From an uncultured Eubacteriales bacterium (GTDB lineage Bacteria > Bacillota > Clostridia > Christensenellales > CAG-138): 64,000 nt of DNA. Where the stretch lies: positions 1,855 through 65,854 of the forward strand of contig UQXE01000001.1 in assembly GCA_900544965.1 (NCBI GenBank), given 5' to 3'. The position numbers were made by a program, and so were the translations under genes. Below are positions 39,049 to 48,056 of the stretch, in pieces (positions within the stretch are counted from its first letter, which is position 1; the number at the start of each line of letters is the position of its first letter). A model generated the notes under the pieces. The model had not been told where the DNA came from, ran no database searches, and was given only the letters and a program-made list of their open reading frames with translations.

Positions 39049-40323
39049 ATGATGAATTACGAGCAAGCTTTGGAATATATTCATGGTATCAACGCGCACG
39101 GAAGCAAGCTTGGGCTAAGCAGGACCAGAGAACTTCTGAACCGTATGGGTAATCCTCAGGATTCGCTCAGGTTTGTCCATATCGCCGGAACGAACGGCAA
39201 GGGTTCCACAGCCGCAATGATATCGCACGTGATGGTCGCGGCGGGGTATGTAACCGGTCTTTATATCTCCCCATTTATCAACAGGTTCAACGAGAGGATC
39301 CAGCTTAATAATGTTCCTATAGCGGACGATGAGCTGGCTGAGCTTACCGAGTATGTCAAAGGCATATCGGACAGTATGGACGATCCCCCAACCGAATTTG
39401 AAACCATCACCGCCATTGCTATGGAATACTACAGACGCAAAGGCTGTCAGATAGTAGTGCTGGAGGTAGGGCTTGGCGGCGAACTGGATTCAACCAATGT
39501 CATAAAAACCCCTGAGGTTGCGGTAATAACGGCTATAAGCTTTGACCATACCCGCGTCCTTGGAAACACCTTAGCTGAGATAGCCTCGGCAAAGGCCGGA
39601 ATAATCAAGGAGGGCGGAGACGTAGTTATTTACGGGCAGGAACCCGACGCTGAATCGGTATTTAATCAGGTATGCCAAAAAAGGCACGCAAGGATGTATA
39701 AAACCGATTTTTCTAAGTTAAAAACACTTGAAGCTGCTCTTGACGGCCAGGAGTTTTGCTTTGGGCGCTTCCACAGGCTTTTTCTGCCTCTGATCGGATC
39801 ATACCAGCCCAAAAATGCCGCGGTTGCCATCACTGCGCTGGAGGTGCTTAAAAATAAAGGGTTCGCGATTACTGACGACTCCATTGTAACGGGTTTATCC
39901 AATACCCGCTGGCCTGGCAGGTTTGAGGTGCTGTCAAAATCCCCCGTGTTTATTGTTGACGGCGGCCATAATCCTCACGGAGTACGTGGAACCACTGACA
40001 GCATAAGGCGTTATTTTCCAGATAAAAAGGTGGTTTTCGTGCTCGGCGTAATGGCTGATAAGGATATTTCGGACATGCTTTACAATATAGCTCCCCTTGC
40101 AAGCAAAATCTTTACAGTGGCGCCCGATAATCCCAGATCTATGCCGGCCGGAGAGCTTGCCTCCCTTGTGAAAAACGCCGGTATCGAATCGCACGCATGC
40201 GGCAGCGTGAAGGACGGCGTAGCGATGGCGATAGCATCGGCTGGCAAAGAAGGGATTGTATGCGCTATAGGCTCCCTGTATATGGCGGGCGAAGTCCGCA
40301 GCTGTTTTAACTCAATTAAATAA
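39049..40323 (+). CDS. folC: folylpolyglutamate synthase / dihydrofolate synthase
   Basis: HIAGTNGKGST P-loop and a Mur-ligase layout; 424 aa. Confidence 0.85.
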   Translation: MMNYEQALEYIHGINAHGSKLGLSRTRELLNRMGNPQDSLRFVHIAGTNGKGSTAAMISHVMVAAGYVTGLYISPFINRFNERIQLNNVPIADDELAELTEYVKGISDSMDDPPTEFETITAIAMEYYRRKGCQIVVLEVGLGGELDSTNVIKTPEVAVITAISFDHTRVLGNTLAEIASAKAGIIKEGGDVVIYGQEPDAESVFNQVCQKRHARMYKTDFSKLKTLEAALDGQEFCFGRFHRLFLPLIGSYQPKNAAVAITALEVLKNKGFAITDDSIVTGLSNTRWPGRFEVLSKSPVFIVDGGHNPHGVRGTTDSIRRYFPDKKVVFVLGVMADKDISDMLYNIAPLASKIFTVAPDNPRSMPAGELASLVKNAGIESHACGSVKDGVAMAIASAGKEGIVCAIGSLYMAGEVRSCFNSIK

Positions 40324-40339
40324 ACTATTGGAGGCTGCT

Positions 40340-41197
40340 ATGACAAGAATACTTAAAGGATCCACCGTATCAAAATTGATTATGGAAAAAACGCGCAAAG
40401 ATATAGAGGTTTTGCATGCTATAGGCGTTATGCCGGTATTGTGCATAATACGTGTTGGCGATAACCCTGACGATGTTTCCTATGAAAACGGAGCTGTTAA
40501 AAAGGCTATTTCGCTCGGCATAGGCGTACAAAAAAAAGTGCTTGATAAAAACGCCAGCCAGGAGGAGATAATCAGGGTTATAGAGACTGCAAACCGCGAT
40601 GATTCTATACACGGCATTATGGTATTCAGGCCTCTTCCAAATCACATTGACGACGCCGCGGTCAGAAATGCGCTCGACCCCCGTAAGGATGTCGACGGAA
40701 TTTCGGATAAATCTCTCGCAGGCGTATTTACGGGTTCGAACGTTGGATATCCGCCGTGTACAGCCCAGGCATGTATCGAAATCCTTGATAATACCGGAAT
40801 AGAAGTCTCTGGCAAGCGCGCAGTCGTCGCCGGCAGAAGCCTTGTTGTTGGAAAACCCGCGGCGATGATGCTCTTAAAGCGCAACGCAACCGTAACAATA
40901 TGTCATACTAAAACGGACGACATGCCCTCGGTATGCAGGGAAGCGGACATACTTATTGTAGCCGTGGGCAAGGCCGGCGTAATCGGACGTGATTACATAA
41001 ATAAGGGTCAAACTGTCATAGATGTCGGAATAAACTCAGCTCCCGACGGAACGCTTTGCGGGGATGTGCGCTATGATGAAGCGCTCGGCATAGCGGGAGC
41101 AATAACGCCCGTTCCTGGAGGAGTTGGAGCAGTTACAACGGCTGTGTTAATGAAGCATGTCGTTGATGCTGCGCTGCGAATGTCAAAAAGGAATTAG
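40340..41197 (+). CDS. folD: methylenetetrahydrofolate dehydrogenase/cyclohydrolase, paralogue 1 (folC-linked)
   Basis: FolD-like throughout (DVDG, GRSLVVGKPAAMMLL, PVPGGVGAVT). GGAGG is 5 nt upstream of the ATG at 40340. Confidence 0.8.
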   Translation: MTRILKGSTVSKLIMEKTRKDIEVLHAIGVMPVLCIIRVGDNPDDVSYENGAVKKAISLGIGVQKKVLDKNASQEEIIRVIETANRDDSIHGIMVFRPLPNHIDDAAVRNALDPRKDVDGISDKSLAGVFTGSNVGYPPCTAQACIEILDNTGIEVSGKRAVVAGRSLVVGKPAAMMLLKRNATVTICHTKTDDMPSVCREADILIVAVGKAGVIGRDYINKGQTVIDVGINSAPDGTLCGDVRYDEALGIAGAITPVPGGVGAVTTAVLMKHVVDAALRMSKRN

Positions 41198-41477
41198 CGT
41201 GCTTATCGAAACCCAATAACCTGATTTATATTAGGGTTTATAATAAGGGCCGCCTGCAAGCGGATAGTATAGACTTGTAGGGCCTGTTTGAGGCCATGCT
41301 TTAAGGCGAATTCATTTAATTTTGCACCTTGACCCGCCTCCCTTCAAAAAACGATGGCGAATCTTTCACGGATTGCTGCTATCGGCTTTTCTATTGCGTT
41401 TGCCCAACTCGGGAGATTAACTGTATTTTTCATTTCCACAGGCATTGCCCGCAGCTGTTTCAAGGGAACGCAGAACT

Positions 41478-41517
41478 AAAGCAGCGTCATTTGTACGGCG
41501 CTGCTTTATAATTTTTT
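41478..41517 (+). terminator. plus-oriented intrinsic terminator about 280 nt downstream of folD
   Basis: AAAGCAGCG / CGCTGCTTT 9-bp stem with a 12-nt loop, followed by ATAATTTTTT. On the minus strand the trailing sequence is not U-rich. Confidence 0.5.
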
Positions 41518-41532
41518 AGCGAACTAAAGACG

Positions 41533-43233
41533 TTATCCACCGCTTCTTATACAGCGCTTTTTTTCACCGCACATATATAGCATTTCTTCAGCGTGCCGCA
41601 AGGCGGATTCCGACTCAGAACTAATGCCCAGAATACGCGCTATCTCATGCTTGCGCTCATCCATCGTTAAAGAACGCACGCTTGTCCTGGCGCCATCCTC
41701 TCCGTCACTCTTCTCCACAACAATATGAGCGTCGGCATACGCCGCAATCTGGGGAGAATGGGTGACGCAAAGCACCTGATGGACTGCGGCTGTATGCACA
41801 AGCTTCTCTCCCACCATGCCGGATATTCTCCCGCTTATTCCGACATCAATTTCGTCGAAAATCAGGGTGGGGATATTATCGGAGCCGGCTATAATCGTTT
41901 TTAAGGCCAGCATTATTCGGGACATTTCGCCCCCGGACGCAACCTTTGCAAGCGGTTTAAGCGGTTCCATGCTGTTTGATGTAAGAAGGAACTCTACCTT
42001 GTCCGTGCCGTCGGGACTAAACTCCGCCTTTGTTTCAAAACTGGTCGAAAACCGCGCATTTTTAAGTCCCAGGTCAGCCAGATGCCCTTCAACCTCCCCG
42101 CTCAGCTTCTCGGCTGCTGAGTGCCTGAGTCTGCTTAGCTCGCCCGCTGCCTCGTTATAGTCGTTCTCACACCGTTTAAGCTCGTTTAGTATGCTTTCCC
42201 TGGCCTCGTCCGCGCAGGTGAGCCGCTCCAATTCCTCCTGATCCCTGTTGCGGAACTCCAGTATGTCCCTTATTCCGCCCCCGTACTTTCGCTTTAATCC
42301 AGCTATGAGGTACAGTCTTGATCCTATTTCATCAAGGCGCTTTGGGTCATATTCAAATGAGGACTGCATATCCCTGACGCTGTATCCAACATCCTCAAGC
42401 GCATAATACGCGTCGTTCAGCCTGTCAGCCGCCTCTTTATACAGCGGTGATATTGCGGATATACCAACCAGCGCATCCGCAGCTGACCGCGCCTTTGACA
42501 ATATCGAAGCCTCGTCTCCGCTCAGCAGTTCATGGCACACGGATAGCGCGCCCATGATCCGCTCCGCGTTTGCAAGAACGGACTGTTCCTCCTGCAGCGC
42601 TTCCTCTTCCCCTTCCTTGAGGTCGGCCGAATTGATTTCATTTATTCTAAAGTTTAATGCGTCTATGCGCCTCATTCGCTCTGGTTCAGACAAAAATCCC
42701 GTTTCAAGCTCACCCTTTAGCCGCCGGTATTCGCCGTATAATTTCAAGAGCCTTTCCTTAAGCGCTGAAACTCCGGCGCCTGCATAGGCGTCCAGATAGC
42801 GTATATGGGCGGACGGCGACAGAAGCGATTGATGCTCGTGCTGACCGTGTATATCTATCAAATATGACGTAATATCCTTTAAAGCGGAAATGGTCACAGG
42901 AATGCCGTTAAGCCTACATACGCTTTTGCCAGACACGTATATTTCGCGGGAAATTATCAGCTCGTCGTCAAAATACTCTATTTCAAGTCCGTTTAGAAAT
43001 TCGCAGGCCTCGTTGCATCCGGATATGTCAAAAACAGCCTCCACCTTCGACTTTGACGAGCCGCTCCTAATCAGTCCACGGCTCGCCCTCTCACCCAAGA
43101 TGAGGCTGACAGAATCAATAATTATAGATTTGCCAGCTCCAGTTTCGCCCGTTATCACATTAAAGCCAGGTGAAAGATCAAGATCAAGCTTGTCTATAAG
43201 CGCAATATTCTCAATTAGTATGCGTTGGAGCAT
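41533..43233 (-). CDS. recN: DNA repair protein RecN
   Basis: GETGAGKSI Walker A, long coiled coils, a C-terminal SGGE signature; 566 aa. Confidence 0.95.
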   Translation of the reverse strand: MLQRILIENIALIDKLDLDLSPGFNVITGETGAGKSIIIDSVSLILGERASRGLIRSGSSKSKVEAVFDISGCNEACEFLNGLEIEYFDDELIISREIYVSGKSVCRLNGIPVTISALKDITSYLIDIHGQHEHQSLLSPSAHIRYLDAYAGAGVSALKERLLKLYGEYRRLKGELETGFLSEPERMRRIDALNFRINEINSADLKEGEEEALQEEQSVLANAERIMGALSVCHELLSGDEASILSKARSAADALVGISAISPLYKEAADRLNDAYYALEDVGYSVRDMQSSFEYDPKRLDEIGSRLYLIAGLKRKYGGGIRDILEFRNRDQEELERLTCADEARESILNELKRCENDYNEAAGELSRLRHSAAEKLSGEVEGHLADLGLKNARFSTSFETKAEFSPDGTDKVEFLLTSNSMEPLKPLAKVASGGEMSRIMLALKTIIAGSDNIPTLIFDEIDVGISGRISGMVGEKLVHTAAVHQVLCVTHSPQIAAYADAHIVVEKSDGEDGARTSVRSLTMDERKHEIARILGISSESESALRHAEEMLYMCGEKKRCIRSGG

Positions 43234-43249
43234 AGTTCCTCCGCGCCAT

Positions 43250-43699
43250 CTAACACATGAGCTCTTTAAATCGTGAAAGCACCTCTTCTACAAGCCCATC
43301 GTCCTTGATGGCGACAAATACGGTGTTATCACCGGCAACCGTGCCGGCCACCTCATCCCACTCAAGGGAATCTATGGCTTCCGCCGATGCCGCGGCTGTT
43401 CCGGTTATCGTCTTTACTATAATCAGATTGCCCGCCGATGTCAACGATGTTACAGAATGAGAAAATATCTTCATAAACCGGTCCTGCAGTCCCGTCTTAG
43501 TAACGTCCGAAGTAGCATATTTGTATCTGCCGTTATCCATCAGCACCTTTACAAGCCTGAGTTCCTTTATGTCGCGTGAAACAGTAGCCTGCGTTACATG
43601 TATTCCATGTTCGCGCAATAGCTTGGCCAGATCATATTGTGTTTCTACGCTATAGTTGGATATCAATTCGATTATAAGTGCATGTCTTGCTGGCTTCAA
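43250..43699 (-). CDS. argR: arginine repressor
   Basis: 149 aa, with a winged-helix N-terminus (VTQATVSRDIKEL) and a C-terminal GTVAGDNTVFV oligomerisation/Arg-binding motif. It uses a TTG start with a GGGGGT SD. Confidence 0.9.
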   Translation of the reverse strand: MKPARHALIIELISNYSVETQYDLAKLLREHGIHVTQATVSRDIKELRLVKVLMDNGRYKYATSDVTKTGLQDRFMKIFSHSVTSLTSAGNLIIVKTITGTAAASAEAIDSLEWDEVAGTVAGDNTVFVAIKDDGLVEEVLSRFKELMC

Positions 43700-43733
43700 G
43701 TGAATACCCCCGATTCATTATATTATATTCTAT

Positions 43734-43766
43734 CATATTCGTCTTAATATAACCAAGACGAATATG
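43734..43766. promoter_or_regulatory. perfect 12-bp inverted repeat upstream of argR (operator or nadK terminator candidate)
   Basis: CATATTCGTCTT (43734-43745), 9-nt spacer, AAGACGAATATG (43755-43766). Confidence 0.35.
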
Positions 43767-43906
43767 CGGTCAACCTTAACTTAAATAAACATATCTATGC
43801 TAAAAATATGCCGCTAATGGACAACATCTATAGTTTTACATATTTTACCAGCAATTTCAAGCTAAAAATGACTACAACCTTAATATTGTAGATACTTTAT
43901 ATGCAA

Positions 43907-44725
43907 TTATCTTAGTTTCTCATCTATAAGTTTATATTCGTTTCGCTCATTAAGCCTTATAAGCCCCATTGATGCTATAGAGCGTCTAACTATCATTTCA
44001 TCGCCGGGATATAAGTCCATATTGTCAACTCCATCCGAAGAAAAGCGCGCCTCGTCTCTTGCGGTAAGCTTTATAACAGCATCCCGTGACAATACTACCG
44101 GGCGGATTCCTAGGGAATGTGAGCATATCGGTGTAACAGATACCGCTTCAAGCCCAGTTGATATTATCGGCCCTCCCGCTGAAACCGAATAACCCGTTGA
44201 ACCGGCTGGAGTGCTTATTATTATACCATCGCAGTATACGCTTCCAGCATCCATTCCGTCAAAGCACATATCAATGTGAGCCACTGAAGAGAAGCATTTT
44301 TTATATAGTATAAAATCATTTACGCACATAAAACTTTTGTCTTTTACTGTGCATTCAAGCATCATATATGTTTCTATATTATAGTTTCCTTCAATAATTC
44401 GCGTCATTGCCGACTCAAGCGAACTAAGATCCGTCTCGCTCAGGAAACCTATCCTTCCAACGTTTACCCCAAGGATAGGCGCCCTTGTCCCGCATCCCTT
44501 GACCATCCAGTGAATGGCCCGCAATATGGTTCCATCACCCCCGATAGCGAGAAGCACGTCTACCGTACCGCCTTCATAAATGGTATCAGGTTTCCCGCAG
44601 TCGGCCCACCTTACCCCAACGCGGTCCAGAATGGACTTAGCGGCACTTACAGCTTCTAACGCCCGTTTCTTATTTGGATTTGCAAATATGCCAGCAATAA
44701 TGTTTTGGCCTTTTATATTCTCCAT
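43907..44725 (-). CDS. nadK: NAD kinase
   Basis: GGDGT motif (LAIGGDGTILRA). The ATG at 44725 sits just after the tlyA stop, and the longer ORF from 44833 overlaps tlyA. Confidence 0.85.
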   Translation of the reverse strand: MENIKGQNIIAGIFANPNKKRALEAVSAAKSILDRVGVRWADCGKPDTIYEGGTVDVLLAIGGDGTILRAIHWMVKGCGTRAPILGVNVGRIGFLSETDLSSLESAMTRIIEGNYNIETYMMLECTVKDKSFMCVNDFILYKKCFSSVAHIDMCFDGMDAGSVYCDGIIISTPAGSTGYSVSAGGPIISTGLEAVSVTPICSHSLGIRPVVLSRDAVIKLTARDEARFSSDGVDNMDLYPGDEMIVRRSIASMGLIRLNERNEYKLIDEKLR

Positions 44726-44726
44726 A

Positions 44727-45575
44727 TCATTCGTCCCTGCCGCAATGCTTTGCCGCCAGCTCGTCATGAGATCTATCCACCGTACGCGTAACCATTTCGC
44801 TGATTTTGGCGGTATCTCCCATTGCGGTTCCACGATCCTTTTTTAGTATCAGAAGAAACTCTATATTACCCTTTGGGCCGGTTATCGGGGAATAGTCCAT
44901 ACCAATTATAGCATATCCGCTTTTTTCAGAAAATAAGGCTATGTCGGTTAAAACGCCGCGGTGGGTTTCTGGCGAACGAACAACCCCATTCTTGCCTACC
45001 TTATCCCTGCCCGCCTCAAACTGAGGCTTGACAAGCGCTACAACTATCCCTCCCTGTTTAAGGCAGTCGTATAGTGGAGCCAGTATCAGCTTAAGCGAAA
45101 TAAACGATACGTCTACGGACGCAAAATCCAGATAACCTTCATACCAGGATGGCTCCATATTCCTGGCGTTATGACGCTCGAGCACTATAACACGCGGATC
45201 GTTGCGCAGCTTCCAGTCGAGCTGCCCGTATCCTACATCAACCGCAAAGACCTTTTCCGCGCCGTAGGTAAGCATACAATCCGTAAACCCCCCTGTCGAC
45301 GCGCCGATATCGGCGGCAAAGCATCCGGTTAAATCCAAGGCATTTGCGTCAATAGCCTTTTTTAGCTTAAGTCCGCCCCTGCTCACAAAGGGTATGGGGT
45401 CCTCTTTAACCGTTATTAAGTCGCCGCTGGACACGGGAGCGCCGGCTTTGTCAATTCTAATTCCGTTTTTATACACAACCCCGGACATGATGAGGGATCT
45501 TGCCCTTTCTCTGCTGACAGCAAGGCCTAGCTCAACCATACGTATATCGGCTCGTATATTATTGCCGGATTTCAT
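44727..45575 (-). CDS. tlyA: TlyA-family rRNA 2'-O-ribose methyltransferase
   Basis: S4 domain at the N-terminus (RADIRMVELGLAVSRERARSLI) and an FtsJ-like SAM domain (DIGASTGGFTD). Confidence 0.85.
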   Translation of the reverse strand: MKSGNNIRADIRMVELGLAVSRERARSLIMSGVVYKNGIRIDKAGAPVSSGDLITVKEDPIPFVSRGGLKLKKAIDANALDLTGCFAADIGASTGGFTDCMLTYGAEKVFAVDVGYGQLDWKLRNDPRVIVLERHNARNMEPSWYEGYLDFASVDVSFISLKLILAPLYDCLKQGGIVVALVKPQFEAGRDKVGKNGVVRSPETHRGVLTDIALFSEKSGYAIIGMDYSPITGPKGNIEFLLILKKDRGTAMGDTAKISEMVTRTVDRSHDELAAKHCGRDE

Positions 45576-47425
45576 ATTGTATCAAGCGCCTCCTTCAGTC
45601 TCCTCCTTATCTGCTTAGCAGTAAGGCCGCAGATTTCATCCTGCTCAGATACAGTAGCATGTCCTACGGGATGGTCCATAACGCCTAAATTTACAAGCCT
45701 TACGGCTTTCCCGCAAACCGCCTGGGCTATTAAAGCCCCAAAACCGCACGTTGTTATCCCGTCCTCCAGCGTTATTATAACATCCGAGGATTCAATAAGC
45801 CTATCAAGCACGCTCCTGTCAAGCGGCCTGATAAACCTCGCGTTTATCACTCCCACCGATAGGCCTTCCGCAGCTTCAAGCGCGGTCTGTACAAGCCTTC
45901 CGGTTGCAATTACATTAACGTTTTTTATTTCCCGCAAAACGTTCCATCTTCCATATTCTATATCATCGTTTATGCCCAATGTTTCAATAAGCACGCCGCG
46001 ATTATATCTTATCGCGCTGGGCTTATCCAGCGTTAAGGCGTGTCTTAGCATCATACGCAGCTCCTCCTGCGAGGCGGGAGAATAGATCGTAATCCCAGGG
46101 GCGCTTAGAAGATAAGCAATATCGTAAACGCCCTGATGGGTTTCGCCGTCCTCGCCCACTAGGCCGGCCCGGTCAACAGCCAATATTACGGGCAGCTGCT
46201 GCAGGCAAACATCGTGTATAATCTGATCATAGGCCCTCTGCAGGAATGTCGAATATATTGCCGCTACAGGACGCATGCCGCCTGCCGCGAGTCCGGCGGC
46301 GAGCGTAACAGCGTGCTGCTCGGCTATGCCGACGTCAAAGAAGCGGTCTGGGTACAGTCTGAAGAAATCCGAAAGGCCTGTTCCGCTTGCCATTGCGGCG
46401 GTTATTGCGCATATTCTAGGATCATAACCAGCCAGGCGCGAAAGCTCCTCTCCAAATATTTTTGAGTTGCTTGCCGATGGTTTCCGTTTAAGCGCCCCGG
46501 TCTCCTTATAAAACGGCGCTACGCCATGAAACAGCTCTGGATCCCGTTCGGCCGGAGGATAGCCTTTCCCCTTTTTTGTCACCACATGGATTGCTACAGG
46601 CTTGTCAAAGCCCTTTGCCTTTCCAAGCACTTCCAATAGTTCGTGGATGTTATGCCCGTCTACAGGCCCTATGTATGTAAAACCCATCGCCTCAAACCAT
46701 ATGTTGCTTGGCAGCATAAAGTATTTAAGTCTGTTTTTGAATTTCTCAATGCGCTTTGCCGCCCACTTTCCTACCCTTGTGCGGTCAAGGATACGGACAG
46801 TCGACTTTTTCAACGACCTATAACCCCTGCTTGCCCTCATCAGGTTCAAATGCTTGCTCATTGCGCTTGCGTTATAGGATATAGACATATCATTGTCATT
46901 TATAACCACAATAATCGGCAGCTGGCGCTGTCCCGCGTCGTCCAGGGCTTCATACGCCATCCCGCCGGTAAGAGCCCCGTCCCCTATCACCGCCACAACG
47001 GCGCCTTTCTCCCCTTTTAGGCGCTTTGCGCATAAAATTCCAAGCGCGGCTGATACAGAGGTGCTCGAATGGCCGGTTTCAAATATATCGCAGGGGCTTT
47101 CACTCCTCTTAGGGAACCCGCTTATTCCTCCAAGACGCCTCAAACGTTTAAAGCCTTCGCGCCTGCCTGTGAGTATCTTATGAATGTATGCCTGATGACC
47201 TACGTCAAATATCAGGGAATCCTCAGGCACGTCAAAAACGCGGTGCAGCGCTATTGTAAGCTCTACAACGCCCAGGTTTGAGGCAAGATGGCCTCCATTT
47301 TCAGATACGGAGTCGACAAGAAACGAACGAATTTCTTCTGCAAGCGGCTCAAGGTATGTGCTGCTCAGCGACTTAAACTGTTCGATACTATTGATCTTAC
47401 TCAAAATCGGATATTTCTCCATCAT
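45572..47425 (-). CDS. dxs: 1-deoxy-D-xylulose-5-phosphate synthase
   Basis: MMEKYPILSKINS N-terminus, GDGALTGGMAYEAL TPP motif. The start is placed at ATG 47425, after the stop of the upstream gene (47433). Confidence 0.95.
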   Translation of the reverse strand: MMEKYPILSKINSIEQFKSLSSTYLEPLAEEIRSFLVDSVSENGGHLASNLGVVELTIALHRVFDVPEDSLIFDVGHQAYIHKILTGRREGFKRLRRLGGISGFPKRSESPCDIFETGHSSTSVSAALGILCAKRLKGEKGAVVAVIGDGALTGGMAYEALDDAGQRQLPIIVVINDNDMSISYNASAMSKHLNLMRASRGYRSLKKSTVRILDRTRVGKWAAKRIEKFKNRLKYFMLPSNIWFEAMGFTYIGPVDGHNIHELLEVLGKAKGFDKPVAIHVVTKKGKGYPPAERDPELFHGVAPFYKETGALKRKPSASNSKIFGEELSRLAGYDPRICAITAAMASGTGLSDFFRLYPDRFFDVGIAEQHAVTLAAGLAAGGMRPVAAIYSTFLQRAYDQIIHDVCLQQLPVILAVDRAGLVGEDGETHQGVYDIAYLLSAPGITIYSPASQEELRMMLRHALTLDKPSAIRYNRGVLIETLGINDDIEYGRWNVLREIKNVNVIATGRLVQTALEAAEGLSVGVINARFIRPLDRSVLDRLIESSDVIITLEDGITTCGFGALIAQAVCGKAVRLVNLGVMDHPVGHATVSEQDEICGLTAKQIRRRLKEALDTI

Positions 47426-47432
47426 CGAAGCA

Positions 47433-48029
47433 TTACTTCGCACTGGATTTTTTCCGTTCGCCGTTTTTGGAAAACAGCGCAAACAACTTTCCAACCATAA
47501 ACACTATCCTTTGGCTGTGCTTCGTCGCGATACGCTTGCCCGACGCTTTCCCGCTTACGGTTATCGCGGCTATAAGCGCTGATATAGCAACATTTACTAT
47601 CAATGCTTCTGTAGTTGCGGCGGAGATTATTATTGACGCCGCAACGGCCGCGCCCATCGCTCCCGACACTATTCCGCATATATCGCCTACAACGTCGTTA
47701 CAAATATTGGCCACCATGGCTGAGTTTTGAACGAGCCTTATTGAGTGTTTTGCTCCGCGAATCCGCTTTGACGCCATAGCCGTATATGCCGTAACGTCCT
47801 GTATGGTCACTGCCACGCCGACTATATCAAATAAAATCCCAATAAATATTATAAATACCAGTACGAATACCGCCACATACAGCGGCACCCCAAGCAAAAC
47901 CGTTTCAGACAAAAAGCTTAACACAAGCGCTATCGCCAATGTGATAAAAAAGACCTTTACAGGCCAAATATCTCGCTTTTTCTTGCGGCGCCTGTTCTTG
48001 GCGTCGCTCTTCTTTTGTTGTGTATCCAT
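47433..48029 (-). CDS. oapA: OapA-like small polytopic membrane protein (OLE-associated protein A candidate)
   Basis: About 198 aa from MDTQQKKSDAKNRRRKKKRD, i.e. a highly basic N-terminus, followed by about 4 TM helices. It occupies the position between the ORF-less gap and dxs. GGAG lies upstream of the ATG at 48029. Confidence 0.65.
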   Translation of the reverse strand: MDTQQKKSDAKNRRRKKKRDIWPVKVFFITLAIALVLSFLSETVLLGVPLYVAVFVLVFIIFIGILFDIVGVAVTIQDVTAYTAMASKRIRGAKHSIRLVQNSAMVANICNDVVGDICGIVSGAMGAAVAASIIISAATTEALIVNVAISALIAAITVSGKASGKRIATKHSQRIVFMVGKLFALFSKNGERKKSSAK

Positions 48030-48056
48030 ACATCTCCACATGCCATATATAGATAT

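Noticed and set aside
41329-41511. 60-aa ORF downstream of folD
   Set aside because: It has a non-ATG start, no SD, a Cys/His/Phe-rich odd composition, and runs into the terminator hairpin.
44726-44833. N-terminal extension of nadK (36 codons), and similar upstream extensions of dxs (47426-47494), coaD (36518-36535), spoIIIAC (57047-57106), spoIIIAA (58492-58563), spoIIIAH (54480-54530), leuS (24692-24718) and acpS (1060-1107)
   Set aside because: Each extension overlaps the preceding gene or lacks an SD, while an internal ATG with a proper SD matches the conserved N-terminus of the family.
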